A stretch of 64,000 nucleotides of DNA from Takakia lepidozioides. Lineage: Eukaryota; Plantae; Bryophyta. Location of the stretch: contig CM060731.1 of NCBI GenBank assembly GCA_030704615.1, positions 38,874,001 to 38,938,000 of the forward strand, read 5' to 3'. Made by a program: the position numbers and the translations under genes. Below the pieces are notes generated by a model. That model had not been told where the DNA came from. It ran no database searches and saw only the letters and a list, made by a program, of their open reading frames with translations. This document shows positions 25,369 through 38,679 of the stretch, piece by piece (the stretch's first letter is position 1; every line of letters starts with the position of its first letter).

Positions 25369-27404
25369 ATCTCCTTCTATCTGTTACAGACACCAATGTG
25401 TTGCACCACACTTTCTCGGATTGATTGATACCCTTCGAACCACCTCAAAATCGGGCTTCACCACATGCGAGTGTTCAGAACCAATCTCTGCCAACTACCG
25501 AGCTTGCAAGCACGTCAGCAGAACGAGTGTAGCGCAGACACACTCGACACGCTGCATATATACTCTTCCAAACAAGCAAAAGGCAGAGAAGAGACCGAGA
25601 GACAGAAGACAGAGAGCGCTCCTAGCTGCAGAAATACACTTGATGAACGGGATGAACCCTAGCGCGTACTCGAGCACCGTTGCAGCTCCATATCACGCAA
25701 AGATATCCTGGGATATGAGTATTGGCGGGACTTGGGCTCGCAAAGCAACGCTCCTCCCTCACTCTGAACACACGGCGCGGGGGGATACTAGAGCTCTAGA
25801 ATCCCGGGATATCCAGACCAAGAGGAGGAGTCGTAAGTCGGAACCCCGGAAGCAATGGGCGGTCAAGCTTTCCGTTGACCTGTGTGTGTCAGGTCCGTTC
25901 AGAAACGTTCCATGCCGTCGATCTGCATCCTGACAGACTCCATCCACCGTCCACGTCGGCTTCCTGCCACAGTCAAAACCTGTCAAAGCTCGACTGGATG
26001 GAAACGTGGCAGAATCTGTATGCGTATTATGGGCGGTGACAGTCGTTGTCGGATCGATGTTTGGTGGGATTGGGCGAAGCGGTGTTGACTGCGCGCGCAA
26101 TCTAGATCTTGCATTTTGACTAAAGTGCGGCGTAATGAGATGGATGTTGAGGTGGATGAATACCCGTGATGAATGAGCGGAATGGAGATATTGCATGAAG
26201 GGTGGAGTCACACAGGAGCACCATGGATGAATCATGTACTTCGTCCGTCGGTGTTTGGTATTTGAAGATGATAAGTTGTCTGACCGGATGCAATTTCAGA
26301 CCTAATGGATGAGACGAGGTTGGCCTATTTGAATCGCATCTAAAGCTGCGTAGTCTCAATCATTATAAAAAACAAAATTAAATATTCATTGTAATGTCGT
26401 AGTATTTATGTTATTGATGATGCAATGCGAGCAAAGCATGGGATCCTTGATTATAAAATCAACACTAATTCAATCTAGTTTCAACATTTCACATACAATA
26501 TAGCCAATTCAAGAGTGGCACAATGTAAATCAACCAATTGGAATATGATATATGTATTATAATAATTTAAAATGGATAAATACTAATTATATATTGAATC
26601 AATACAGTGTGTAGATATTAAACTAACCCTATGTTGTTACATCCATGGAAGTGGTGCTTTCGTAGATTCAACATATTCATGTCCAAATGGTACATTAGTA
26701 GTGAATCGCCTTTTTTTTCCACCTGTTGTGGCACTTTTTATTTTAATTTGATTAAAAGGGCCCCTGTTCCCCTTTCCCTAAAAAAAATTTAAAAAAAAAT
26801 CGACAGTTTTTCGGCATTATCTCAAGACAATGCAGAGTTTTGACATAACCCTCCTTCTTTCTATGAGGTACCCTTTTCTGATGAGTACTATTGCTATTCC
26901 GATGCTCTGGGACAAGATTTTAGCTTCTATAACGGAGCCCCAGCTACATTCGACAATATTTCAGGAAGAGTTTGCGATATAACGGAATCCCAGACAGCCT
27001 CCCAACAAACCTTACTTGTTCTTGTACTCTGCAAATTCAAAATCCCACAACGGAGGCTTTCATCGATTTTCTTCGGTCCAATCAAGTAGATTCTTCACTT
27101 GGGTCACTCAAACGTGTCAGGAAACACTAGGTGGAAAAAAACATTATGTAGCTATGTCTTCTTTCTTTTGTTTTCTGCTGCCGGATTATGGCCTTGATTT
27201 GCTATCGGACGTCGAGGTGTTATTGCTTCCAACAATTGTACCTTTTTTTGTTTCGAGACAATTGGCAGCGCTACATGGTGTTAACTTGAAGTGCGCCCAC
27301 CGCCTTTTCATATTTTATCGGTTTTGCATTGTGATGTGTTTGTTTGCTGAATAGTGTGTGTTTCTCTGCTCTAAAAGACAAGGAAGATATTTTGCAAACT
27401 CACT

Positions 27405-27600
27405 TGGGACTCGTGAATTTGTTCTTGATCTTTGTTGCGAGGCACTGCTGTGCGAGGTTATATAGGCTCGTTCTTTGATCTTTGTTGTGATGCACTGCTG
27501 TTGCGAGGTTCTTAGGCTCATTCTTTGATCTTTGTTGTGAGGCACTGCTGTTGCGAGGTATCGTAGGCACCTCGTTCTTTGATATTTGTTGCAAGGTACT
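27405..27600. repeat. Tandem repeat ~4 x 51 bp
   Basis: CTCGTTCTTTGATCTTTGTTGTGAGGCACTGCTGTTGCGAGGT-like units. Confidence 0.8.
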
Positions 27601-29642
27601 CTAGGAACTAATGACTTCTTTGTATTGTCATATCTTCTTTTGGTAGAATTGATTTTTTGTTTTAGAAAGACTTTAAGAAATTCAAAGAGCTTAGGTTTGA
27701 GAAGAGACAATGGAGTTTTAGTGTGCAAAACACTAAATATATGATGACCTAGTTAGTTCCTATTGGTTGGTTAAAAACAGGAGACAAAATAGAGCTTGAA
27801 TGAGAGACATTTCAGTTATTTTTTGAGTTTGGTTCATGATCAGGGTTTACGGAGCATATTGAGTATGTGCCGTCTACGTACGAGGCTTTGGACCTTTTGT
27901 GAATGAGTGGAAGATCTTGAGGGAAGAAATGCTACAGGGAACTTTTAGAATTAATACTCACACAGATGTCAAATTGGCTTATGTTTTTGAGCTCTTAAAC
28001 TGTGATTTTGAAGATCGGACTGATAGACGACAAAATTGCTCTTATGTAAACTTGTGTGAGCTTGATCTTTGATATTTGTTGTGTCAATTTTTATTTAGTT
28101 TGCTATAGGGTTTATCGTATATAGCACTACATTGAATATGCCTCATAATGTATTGATTCGTCCATCCAAATGTTGTTGAAGATTCGCAGATGAACACAAA
28201 TTAGAAGACAAGCAAGGTTGCAGGGCCTTTCAAAAGTCCAAGGATAGTAGCACAACCCATTGATCACTATAGCAAGCTCATTGGACAAGCTCTGATCACT
28301 TCTCACTCGGTGCAAAGGCTAGTACAAGAAGAAGATGTTTCTCTGTCAATGCCTTACCTGCACATTGGCAGGAGACAACAGAGTAAGTGTTGGGTGGAAG
28401 TACCCTACGTAGTCAATCACCTCTCACAGAGAATATTGGTCTATGTAAAAATATTTAGTACAAGGTAGTGTCATTTGAGATATGATACTATAATCGGTAT
28501 ATGAGTGTTGTCACATCTGCATGTGGGTAGAGACCGTGGGAGAGATAAATCGGCATTAGTAAACTTGAGGATCTCCATATAACTCTAATGAAAATAGCTT
28601 GGATGATGAGGAGTTAATGATTTGTTTGACTATGTTGTTGGCAATCTATCCTTTGCTAAATTTGATGTAGTTGTTTTGTTGTCCGAGCAGTTTAGCAAAA
28701 ACTTTTAAAGGTAGGATTTGTCAGCGTTCAAAGGTGCAAGATGTTGGACAGAACATGATTTTTCCCTCTATAGTTCTATATAATTTGATATTAGAAGGAG
28801 AAACACCTTGTTCTTTGCAAAGGCTGTCTGGTATTGGCAGAAGAATGTACTTGAGGGTAAAAAAAGCTTAGATGTAAGCCCTTATGACAGGTTGCCATCA
28901 TATTTCTATTCGTTGTTGTAGATGAAGATGCCTCTAATTACCAGAAAGCTCATTCTAGGAAAGGACAAGTCTGTGAGCATGTTTTTTCCAGATGAAGGAA
29001 AGGTAAAAGAAGCGATCATAACTGCATATCGTGTTCGTACGCAAATTAATGAACCTTGAGTGGGGACCACAAAATGTAAGAGAAGCTGGTCTGAGAGTCG
29101 AGACGTCATGTTATGGCTCATATTCGTATGATCCGAGGCCATTACACACGTTTGGCAAAAGGAGAACTTTATCGTATTCTTCAAATTGCAAAGCCTCCCC
29201 TCAACGCATCTACAAGTGACAAAGTGGCGTGGAAACGAAAACTGGGACTCTTGAGGGAAGCTATTACCTCTTCAAAATCTTGTTGTTACAATTTGATTTG
29301 TTTGTGGATTGAGATAGATTTGGATTTTCACTGTCACTTTAGAGTTTGAGGGTGAACTGGTTTGTAGGGAATTGACGCATGTGGAGGCTGGAGGACGGTG
29401 ATGAAGATCCTTTGTGAAGTAAGGAAGATCAATGACAAGCAACCCCGAAGGATTTTGGCCAACATATAAGCAATCATCATACCTGGCGTGCCATGTATGG
29501 CACTACTGCTTGGATGACTACCAACGTGCCCAACACATTGACATCAAAGGCCCGACGAACGTCCGAAACATCAACTTCGGCCAGGGGGGCACTGCAATGG
29601 TTTTCAACAATGTGTCATTTCATGGAACTACCGCAAACGTGG

Positions 29643-29830
29643 TGTCGTGCGCATACATATCGCTACACAACTACATCGCTGTCCAAAACCACACAACACA
29701 TGTGCACACCACATACTAGTATACCACTAGTCCACCACTAGTCCAGCCACTAGTCCAACCACTAGGCTACAACTAGTCAGTCACTAGGCTGCCACTATGC
29801 TGCCCACTATGGCAGTCACTAGTCCACACA
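29643..29830 (-). repeat. Terminal repeat A copy 1 (188 bp), rich in CCACTAGT units
   Basis: Direct repeat of 30151-30338 with about 4-5 substitutions. Confidence 0.95.
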
Positions 29831-29831
29831 A

Positions 29832-30338
29832 TGATAAAGAAGAAGAATACAAGCACGAGCACACAAATCTGAAGCATAAACTCATGCATATATAATCTCA
29901 TCACTCAAATACAAGTCAAGCCAAGTGCACCCCACGCCATGGGGAATCCACACTACGGTGCCATAGCTAGGCGCGGTGAGGCTCAACTCGAGAAAGATGA
30001 GCCTCCCGCGCTTGCCGTGAAGATAACCACTCCAGGGCCTAAATCTATCTTGACCCCTGGATTGACACTTGGGCCAATCCCAAATGTCAATATGTAAAAG
30101 CTAGCTATTTCCTAGCTAGTTTCACACTAGTGGTAAAATAACTTAACAGCTGTCGTGCGCATACATATCGCTACACAACTACATCGCTGTCCAAAACCAC
30201 ACAACACATGTGCACACCACACACTAGTATACCACTAGTCCACCACGGGTTCAGCCACTAGTCCAACCACTAGGCTACAACTAGTCAGTCACTAGGCTGC
30301 CACTATGCTGCCCACTATGGCAGTCACTAGTCCACACA
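29832..30338 (-). repeat. Complete RT-defined 3' LTR (B copy 29832-30148 + GC + A copy 30151-30338)
   Basis: On the minus strand starts TGTGTGG right after the PPT and ends CTTTATCA; internal junction is the palindrome ACAGCTGT. Confidence 0.85.
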
Positions 30339-30339
30339 A

Positions 30340-30349
30340 TCGCCCCCTA
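30340..30349 (-). promoter_or_regulatory. Polypurine tract (TAGGGGGCGA)
   Basis: Purine-rich run 1 nt before the TG start of the LTR on the minus strand. Confidence 0.7.
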
Positions 30350-30597
30350 GCTGGTGCTTAGGTCCCTCTAAGTCCAGGTAGCCACAAGATGTGATAGTGA
30401 CCATAGCCTCACTAAGTCCTCCACCACCATCCCTACTACACTCAAACTCGATAGATCAAGAGGCTGGGTGCAAGAGTTGCCCCATCGTTAGTCGCCGTCT
30501 TGCAACCTGTGAACTTGAGCTTGGGATCTCATGTATTGACTCCTATGAGCTTGGCCTCTCATGTCTTGTTAGCTGCCTCCAGTCATGTCCACTACCA

Positions 30598-32100
30598 CTA
30601 TCCCAAGCAGTGTGGACACAACCAATCTCCGTCAGGAACCTTCTCAAGAGGTGGTGTCAAGCATCCCATATGCCAACCCCTTGAGCATCGATCACATACC
30701 AGCATGGTGGCTGCTCCTTTGGCAGACCCACAGAGCATGCACCTCAAACCTGCAGGTACCACTGCCAAGTTTGGGTCAACTCTGCCATCGACATTGGGAA
30801 GGTGACATGGCGCACAATTACGCACATGGTCCTTCCAAGTCATGCCATCCCGACCCTCTAGGATCAGGACCCCTGAGGGCAACACCTCTCGAACCCTCAG
30901 AATAACACGCCCTGCAGTAACATCCAGAGTCGTAGGAGCAGTCTGCTGCAAATAAACATAGTCGCCAGGGCTAAACCTCCGAACCCCAAGACGATATCCT
31001 CCACCACGTATAGTGGCATACCTCAACGTATCACGGTGATGTGCAATGGCAAGGTTCTCAAAAGCCATGGGCATGACTTTCTTGAACAACTCTGCACGCT
31101 GATCACATGCACGTACCCACACGTCCGGATTGTCAAGGTTAAGGACTTGAGCAGTGTCCCTACGAATGGCTGCAAGCAAATCCGGCTCTCGGCCAAAGAG
31201 AATGAAATATGGTGAGAAGGAGGCAAGTGATGCTTGTTTGCTGAACCTGTAGCCCATGGCTAACCAAAGAACCTGAAGATCCCAATCTCCTAGGTGTCCC
31301 TTCTGCAAGCCATACTTGTGCAAACCCCTCTTCACCGTCTGAACAACTCTCTCTGCTAAGCCATCGGCCTCAGGATGATCCCAAGAAGTGGTGCAGTGGG
31401 CTATAAAGGCTTTATCACACAAAGCCTGAAACTCCCCCAAGAACTCTCTCCCTTGGTCCGTGAGTACCTCAGTTGGAGCACCAAATCGGCTAAGCACACG
31501 ATCCAAGAATGCATACGCAGCCCCCTCACTAGCCTTGTCAGGCAATGGAACCGAGTCAATCCACTTGGAGAAGTGCTCCACCATCACCAACACATATATG
31601 TGGTGACGCATAGTCAGTGGCAACGGTCTTGCGAAGTCAAGACTCCACCTGTAGCCCAATCCCATGATTGGTAAAGGAAGAATCTACCTGATCGAAAAGC
31701 TGAATCACCCGTAACTGTGGTGTAGGGGTGTTGAATGAAGCACGCACCCTGTCACACACCATGCACCTAGCCACGAACTGTTGCACCTCTGTATGCATAC
31801 CACGCCACCAATACTGCCATTGTAGTAAACTGTGAGTGCGTCGCACTCCAAAATGCCCCAACTCCTCATGGGCATGTCGCACTAACCGTGCACGTTGTGT
31901 GGGGTGAGGCACAATCCTCACCCGACCATCCTCCCACACTCGAAGTAGGTGTATCCCCTCCCACTTGAACCTCTTGGCTCGTTGCATGATCCGATCCCTC
32001 TCCCTGGCAGTCATAGTGGCTGTCGTGTCTCCCGTGCGGAGGTAGTCCAATACAACCGAATCCTCATATATATCTCTGGCACCACCTGGCTCATCACTAG
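30598..32100 (-). pseudogene. DDE integrase with C-terminal PHD finger
   Basis: HEELGHFG..CMVC Zn finger, WSLDF / VLTDQGREF / DGLAERVV core. PHD CMLC..LVCDRCSRGWHMGCLTPPLEKVPDGDWLCPHC (C4HC3) at ~30604-30741. A ~28-bp insertion near 31682-31709 shifts the frame. Confidence 0.93.
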
Positions 32101-32269
32101 CCTTAGGGTCCTCAGACACTCCGTCTACAGTCATCCATGTTGTAGGTCCAACTTGACCTCCCGATGCCAAGATACACAAAAATGCAGATGCGTGGCATCC
32201 CGGCACCATCTCCTCGTCCGTCTCACCATGCCACCGAGCTCTAGTGTCATCCTGCTGGCTCATGCATGG

Positions 32270-33750
32270 ATTGTGACTCAATCCATCCGCATCCCGATTG
32301 ACCAAACCCGGTCGATGCACAACCTGAAAGTCATACTCCTGGAGTATGAGTGCCTACCGTGCAAGCTTCCCCGTAAGTTTGTCTGACTCCATCAACCACT
32401 TGAGTGGCTAGTGATCAGTGACAAGGGTGAAAAGATTGCCGTATAGATAGCACCTGAAGTGTGCCACGGCCCACACTGCAGCTAAGCACTCTCCCTCATA
32501 TGAGCTGTACTTAGCCTCTGCAGCGTTGTTCGAGCGGCTAGCATAAGCCACTACGAACTCTCTTCCCTCATCATCCACCTGTGTGAGCACCGCTCCAAGC
32601 CCCAACATGCTCCAATCCGTATGCAGCTGAAAGGGACGCCCCGTGATAAGTTGTCTCAGGATAGGCGCCGAGGTCAACCTCGCCTTGAGCTCTTGAAAAG
32701 CTCGTTCCTGGTCATCTTCCCACTGCCACTCCTGGTCCATCTTGGTCAGCTTGGTTAGAGCCTTTGCAATGGTACTAAATCCCTTGACAAACCATCTATA
32801 ATACTTTGCCAACCCCATGAAAGCTCGAACTCGGCTCACATCAGTGGGGCATGGATTTGTGCAATGACCTCTACCTTAGTCTGTTGTACCCCCAATCCTC
32901 TAGGATATATCATGTGACCCAGATACTCAATCTGGTTGTGGAAAAACTTGCACTTCCCAAGATGCAACTTCAATCCGTGCGCTCTCAAGCGCTCCAATAC
33001 CACCTGAAGGTATCTCTCATGCTCCTCCATCATAACACTAAAGATGATGATGTCATCTATGTAGCACCGAGCAAAGTCCACCCCTGCTAGAATCCTATCC
33101 ATGACTCTCTGAAACTCTGCAGGAGCATTCTTAAGCCCAAATGGTAAGAACCGCCACTGATATAGGCAATCCTTGCCGTGCTCATTGATCCCCCAGAATG
33201 CCGTCTTCTGCTTGTCCACCTCCTTGATTGGCAACTGGTGATATCCGGATCGTAAATCTAAAGTGCTAAAGACCTTAGCATGCCCGATGGCATCAAAGAT
33301 CTCCTCTAGTGTTGGCATGGCATACTTATCGGACTTGGTCTGACGATTTACAGGCCGGTAATCACCGCACATACGTCTCTCCGTCCAATTGCCATAGACA
33401 TCCTTCTTGGCTGGCATCACTGTGGCTGAAGCATACTCTCCACCAGAGAGCTCCACCAAACCTGCCTCCCAGAGATCTTGAGTCCTTATCTGAATCAAAG
33501 ACCTCTCCATGTCACTGTATCTATAGGGTCTCCGAAAGATTGGCGTGTTAGTGGCCAACTCAATACGGATCTCTTGACCCTTCAATGCTCCCAAGTCCTT
33601 CAAACTGAAGGCAAAGCAATTCTTGTAAGCCCTCAGGAACCGCCGTATACGTCGTCTCTCTCCTCCGGTGACAATGGGTCCAATGTCAGGCTCCTAATTG
33701 TCCTCCGTAACTGCAACCTTAAGTCCAATGGGCTTCTTTTAGAGGTTTAG
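32270..33750 (-). pseudogene. Reverse transcriptase and RNase H of gypsy type
   Basis: RMCGDYRPVN, LDLRSGYHQ, LPFGLKNAPAEFQR, YIDDIIIFS, LHTDWS, YEGECLA, LVTDH, DADGLS; a few stops and frameshifts. Confidence 0.95.
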
Positions 33751-34099
33751 ACTAGAGGTACAGGCGCGCTAGTGTGCTAGGTGCAACCTCTTTGAGCAGT
33801 ACTCCCTGCTGCTCGTCAGAGTGACAAGGCCTCATCCTGCCCCATCATCTCATCCTCAAGGACGTCCTCCACCCTGAGAAGAAGAAAATTCCCCAACCTC
33901 ATCTTTCCGCCAAATTGGCTGGCCAACTTCCCTCTGAACCTCAAGCACCTCCCACGTGTGCCATGGATGCCTTGCACTCCCGGTGGTCCTCCATGCTCGC
34001 CCCACTCCTGCTTGTAACCTGTCTCGGTAGGCAGGAGGACCACGAGGGAAGGGTACTCTACACTCTGCGTTGCTCCGCCATAGCCAAGTTGATAATCCC

Positions 34100-35075
34100 G
34101 GTCAAGCAATGAGATCCATTACTTGCCCCAACATTTTGACGACGTGATGCCCAGAAGAAAGAGACGACAACGCCATGGTACCAGTCTGGGTAAAACCCAT
34201 TTGGCCCGCTCACACTCGTCAGCATTAGGCTACACTAACTGCGGCAACTGAGATCCCACAGGAGGCCAGGTCCACTACCCGGAAAACATGCGATCTGGGA
34301 GCGAGCAGTATAGGTAATGCTGCTCGTGGTTGACCCACCTTGTTGACCACTGCCAAAGGCGAACGAGTCATCGTGTCCACACGCTTTTGAGACTGCCTCC
34401 CTTCATGCGTCCAGAATGCTAATCTCATGTGAGATGTGCTGGCCGCTGCTTGCCCCATCAATGCACGCTTTTTGAGAGCAAGTTGCGGGGTGGACATCAA
34501 ATGGTAGTCCATCATAGCCGTGGATGATGAGCCGGGTGACCCCACTTATAGCCCTAAGCAACATGCTGACCCAAGCCCACGACCGACTTGATGCACACTG
34601 GCCTCACCCTGGCCCCAAGAATCGCCCATCAGTGTGGCACATTCTCTAAGGATGTATGCTGGAGATAGATACAGCTTGATGATGAAGCTGCAAGTGGCCG
34701 CAAAAAACCGCCTCATCTCCCAAAACAGATCCGACCTCGAGTCTCGCAATCCCATTTTCATGCCCGGCAGATGAATGAATGCCCTTGGCAGAGCCAACCT
34801 GCCACTCCAGATCAATGGAGCCAACCCGCTCCAAATCCTGGCCCCCAACAACGAAATGTCTGCTGGCAAGGCCTGCTGATATCCACGAATTGAGGGACAC
34901 CGACAACAACTCAGTGGTACCGTTGCACCAACTGAGCAAACATGGCAAAGTGAAACGCGTCGTGCAGTCTCATCCCTCTCCACATATAGGTAATATTGAA
35001 CTCGTACACCTGCCTGTAACACAACAGCCAATCCGGTGCTGATCCCGCCAAACAAGTCCTAGAGACAAATGTCTT
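34100..35075 (-). pseudogene. Cytosine-5 DNA methyltransferase domain (DNMT3-like) within the retroelement polyprotein
   Basis: Motifs in canonical order after manual frame correction. I DLFGGISTGL (35058-35029); II YLYVE; IV AGWLCQGHS (Cys codon 34788-34790); V GLRDSRSDLFWE; VI YILENV (~34640); VIII GS.AHHPRL*WT (~34545-34505); IX-X PNADECERAMGF..RRQMLGQVMDL (~34230-34110). Confidence 0.85.
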
Positions 35076-35293
35076 CATCCGGATACTGCCACACAATAGG
35101 TTGGTGTCCATTGGAGACAAACTGAGGTGGTCCTGGTGGCAATCCCCACCCACTCTCCCCTCTCCTGACGATAGTTAAAAAGCTCCACGGCATGCTGTGC
35201 ACCCGTCGATCAGCATCCCGCTGCAATCCTTGCTCGTGCCCCACAATGGAGTCTGAGCAACCAATGGTAGGCAACTACGCCATACCATACATG

Positions 35294-35900
35294 TCATCTT
35301 GCTCTCCCGTTGCCCTCAAGCAACTCTCCAGGCCAATTCACTGCCGCTGTGAATGCTGCTAGTGTCGGCATCTTGCCTCGTTGGGCAACCGCAACTCCTC
35401 CTATGAACGTCATAGGGAGCTGCACACGCCGGCCCTCCCTTGACTGCCATCCAGGCCTATAGGAAGCTGACTCCTCCCAAAAATCTAGGGTGAAGCCCAT
35501 GGGGTACAACACTGCCTCACCAACCAGGACATCGTACGAGACCGCGTCTGTCACAATGGCCTTGGCTCGCATCACTGAGCCATCTGTAAGGTGATCCGGC
35601 CGTAGTCTGATAGCCAACTCACGCCGTGTCATGCCCCGAGCCTACTCGATCCTCCCAGAGACGTCTGTATCTGGAAAGGACAAGGCTCCATATCCGCCTT
35701 CATGAGGCCCAAGCCTGCAATAGCAGCTCTGCCCAGCATCAATGGCTGAGCTCCCGAGTCCAACAAGACCCGCAATGGCCGGTACCTCTTGCCTGCCGGT
35801 CCACTCAAACATAAAATGTCATCCTGGTTGTCTAACATGACAACTCCAGGTGTCACCATGGCGCGCTCAATGGCTGGCCTAGCTGGCAGTTCCATCAACC
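35294..35900 (-). pseudogene. Retroviral-type aspartic protease
   Basis: VLLDSGAQPLML catalytic motif and YDVLVG C-terminal motif, one frameshift. Confidence 0.88.
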
Positions 35901-36339
35901 TGGCTGCTGCAGCTTGACCCTCAAATCCGAGGATCCCTCTGGCACTACACCTCCCACTATCTCCGCAGAAGATGAAGTAACCTCCCACTCTCACAGAGTG
36001 TAGCTGCCAGCCTGAACACCTCACTGGTCTTACCCCCAGTGTCGCAATCATGGTAGCGAGAACATGGAGCCTGGCACACAGATGTGGCCGCTCCTAGCAG
36101 CACACTAGCTGCCGTAGCCTTGGCAATACTAGGTAGTGGTGCTACCCGTGTAGCTCTCCCCAATGACATAGTAACCTCCGCCTTGGTAACAGTCGGGCGA
36201 GAACTAGGTGCCATGGATGGCGTCGACACTGTCTCCGCCAATGTGAATGACTGAGGAAGCCTAGCCTGACAGCTTGTTTCCCCACGCTGTGGATCCAACT
36301 CCACCTCTGCACCTCGTGGCTTTGGAACTCGTGCTGCTC

Positions 36340-37933
36340 TTCAAGTCACGGCTGCAGCAGACTCCACTTGCACTAGTGGTAGTGCTGCTCCACACATGAA
36401 TCCCATGTCTCCCATATCTCCTCCCTCAGGAGCAGGAGGTGGACCATCCGGCCTTAGAGCCGGTACCACCTGAGCTGTAGCCATGGCAACGAGCCTCTGC
36501 TCTAGCTGTTGAAGCCGGTTGGCCATGCCTTGGTCAACACCCTGACCTCCACGTCCTTGGCCATGTTGAGCTTGCCCTTGGCCTGCACCTCATGGCTGGC
36601 CACCTCATCCTCTCTGGGCTGCTCCACCTCGCCCCCGGCCACCATTGTTATCTTGGAACTGGCCTGAGCGCAACTCAGGATGCAAACCATAACACTGGGC
36701 CTTTCCATGCCCGTGCTTGCCACAATGCCCACACTGCAACTGTGCAGGCTGTGCATGTGCCGGCCATTTGCCTCCCTCTGGGCAATCCTTCTTGACATGG
36801 GGTCCTCCATATGTCCAACACACCACATCCGCCCGTTGTTGGCCAGCAAATGAAGGGAGAGACCCCTGCATCTGAGGTCCTCTCTGCCCTTCCCTGAGCT
36901 TCACCTGAGCCCCCTTGTTGCCTTGAGCATGTTGAGGTAGTGGTTGGCTAGGAGCACCACTACCCCATGGTGTCTCCTTGGCAAATCCCACCATGACCAC
37001 TCGTTCCTCCACCATGTTGAGCTCTATCCGTTCTACCAGCAAAAACACATTTGCTAAGGTGGGTTGGGCCGCTTGTAGGAGAGTTGCATCCCGCACCCTT
37101 CTCCTCAGCTTCTTGTCCAATATCCCATACCAGAATTGGACTGCCTGAGCTTCCGTAACCCCTTGAGTTACATTTATCAAGCGCCTCATGCGAGTGAAAG
37201 CCTCCCTCAAGCTCTCGGTTGGCTTCCGTTGGAACTCTTGCAAGCTCCGCAACTTCTCTGTCCTCACCCCTTGGTAGTTCCCTCTCAACTCTTCGAAGAA
37301 CTCCACAACAGGGTTGAAGGCAGGCACGGGTACTAGTGCTGGTGTGGTAGTGGCTTGGATGGACATCGTAGCTACTGTACCACCAGTCCCACTAGTCCCA
37401 CTGCTGCTTGCTGAAGCTGCCGATGCAGCGACAGGTGTAGCCACTGCCCTCGTGGCTCTAGTGCCCCTAGTGATGGAGACATAGTCGGGTGACCAGTACA
37501 TCCTCCACTCCTCGATCTCAACCTCATGCCCCCGCCTGAACTCATGGTAATCATCCATAGGCGGCCCCTGAAGGTGCTGAAACAGCCCCTTCCATGCCAT
37601 GAAAGGCGTAAATAGTTGTGGATTGCGCATTTGCTGCAAATCACACCAACTATCAAACTCTTGGATAAAATCATCCAACTCGATGGTGCCCACCGCCCTA
37701 GAGTACCTTCGTGGCCCCTTGGTAGCTCCATACATCTCCTCCATTGTGTCCCACAACAATGGCAAGGAAACAACTTGCACCGCCGGTATCAGTCCTCTTG
37801 ATTCACAATCCAAATCAGAACCTTCCGTAGAAGACACAGGAGGTGAAGGTGGCCTAAACCGCACACCTCGTCTCGTGTACCCACTAGTATCGCTAGTGCT
37901 CAAACCGGCACTGTCCCCAGCAACTAGTGGCAC
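36340..37933 (-). pseudogene. Gag with two Zn knuckles (one degenerate)
   Basis: LQEFQRKPTESLREAFTRM major-homology-like region; CWTYGGPHVKKDC and CGHCGKHGHGKAQC; RGG-rich tail. Confidence 0.88.
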
Positions 37934-38679
37934 CTCCGTGTTGACAAACTGTCATTCAACCGGTCATGAACATGTCCCTAACCCCCTCTCCATAAGGTAA
38001 CCGGGTAGAGAACCTGTTGCGGCTTATGGTTTGGAATACTAGGTTCCTAACATAGCCTACACATGTACCTGCATCCACCGCAAGCACTCCTATGGTTGGC
38101 AGGTCATCACCTCCAACCTCACCACAGGGGAAACAATGATGGTCTGGCTGGTCATCACCCCAACCTCACCATCGACAGCATGCTCTAGGACTGGCCGGTG
38201 ATCAAATCCAGACCAATCACCTATAAATACAAGCGCCCACACAAACTAGCATGACGCACAGTCAAGCATGCAGGTATAGAGGGGATCCAAACATATGAAA
38301 TCAGAACGACAACTCCCCCACACCAAAAACAACTCCACGGTGTTGCTCCTGCAAGGACACCCCAGCCCAAACCCGGACTGACTCTTGCCTCCACCTACGA
38401 AAAGGTCTTGGCCTAATGAGAGGGTGGAAACTACGAGGAAGAGAAACTAAAGCAATGCCTAACCCCAACACTCTCCCTCTCCTCTCTTCCCTCACTTGCA
38501 TGACCATGGGAATATCATGAAGATACTCCTTAAACCGCCCTCCACGAGCTTCAAAATTCGGCCTTCAAGACCACATGCCAGTCCTTAGGCAGTCCACCAC
38601 TGCCTCCACGAGTCAGCACAGGCCGTCCATATGTCAACATGGGCCACCACAGACCAGCACAGGCCCACACAGATCACTG

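Noticed and set aside
23446-25933. Plus-strand ORFs of 190 and 222 aa
   Set aside because: Antisense shadows of the ARM gene and its 5' region; no recognisable domains.
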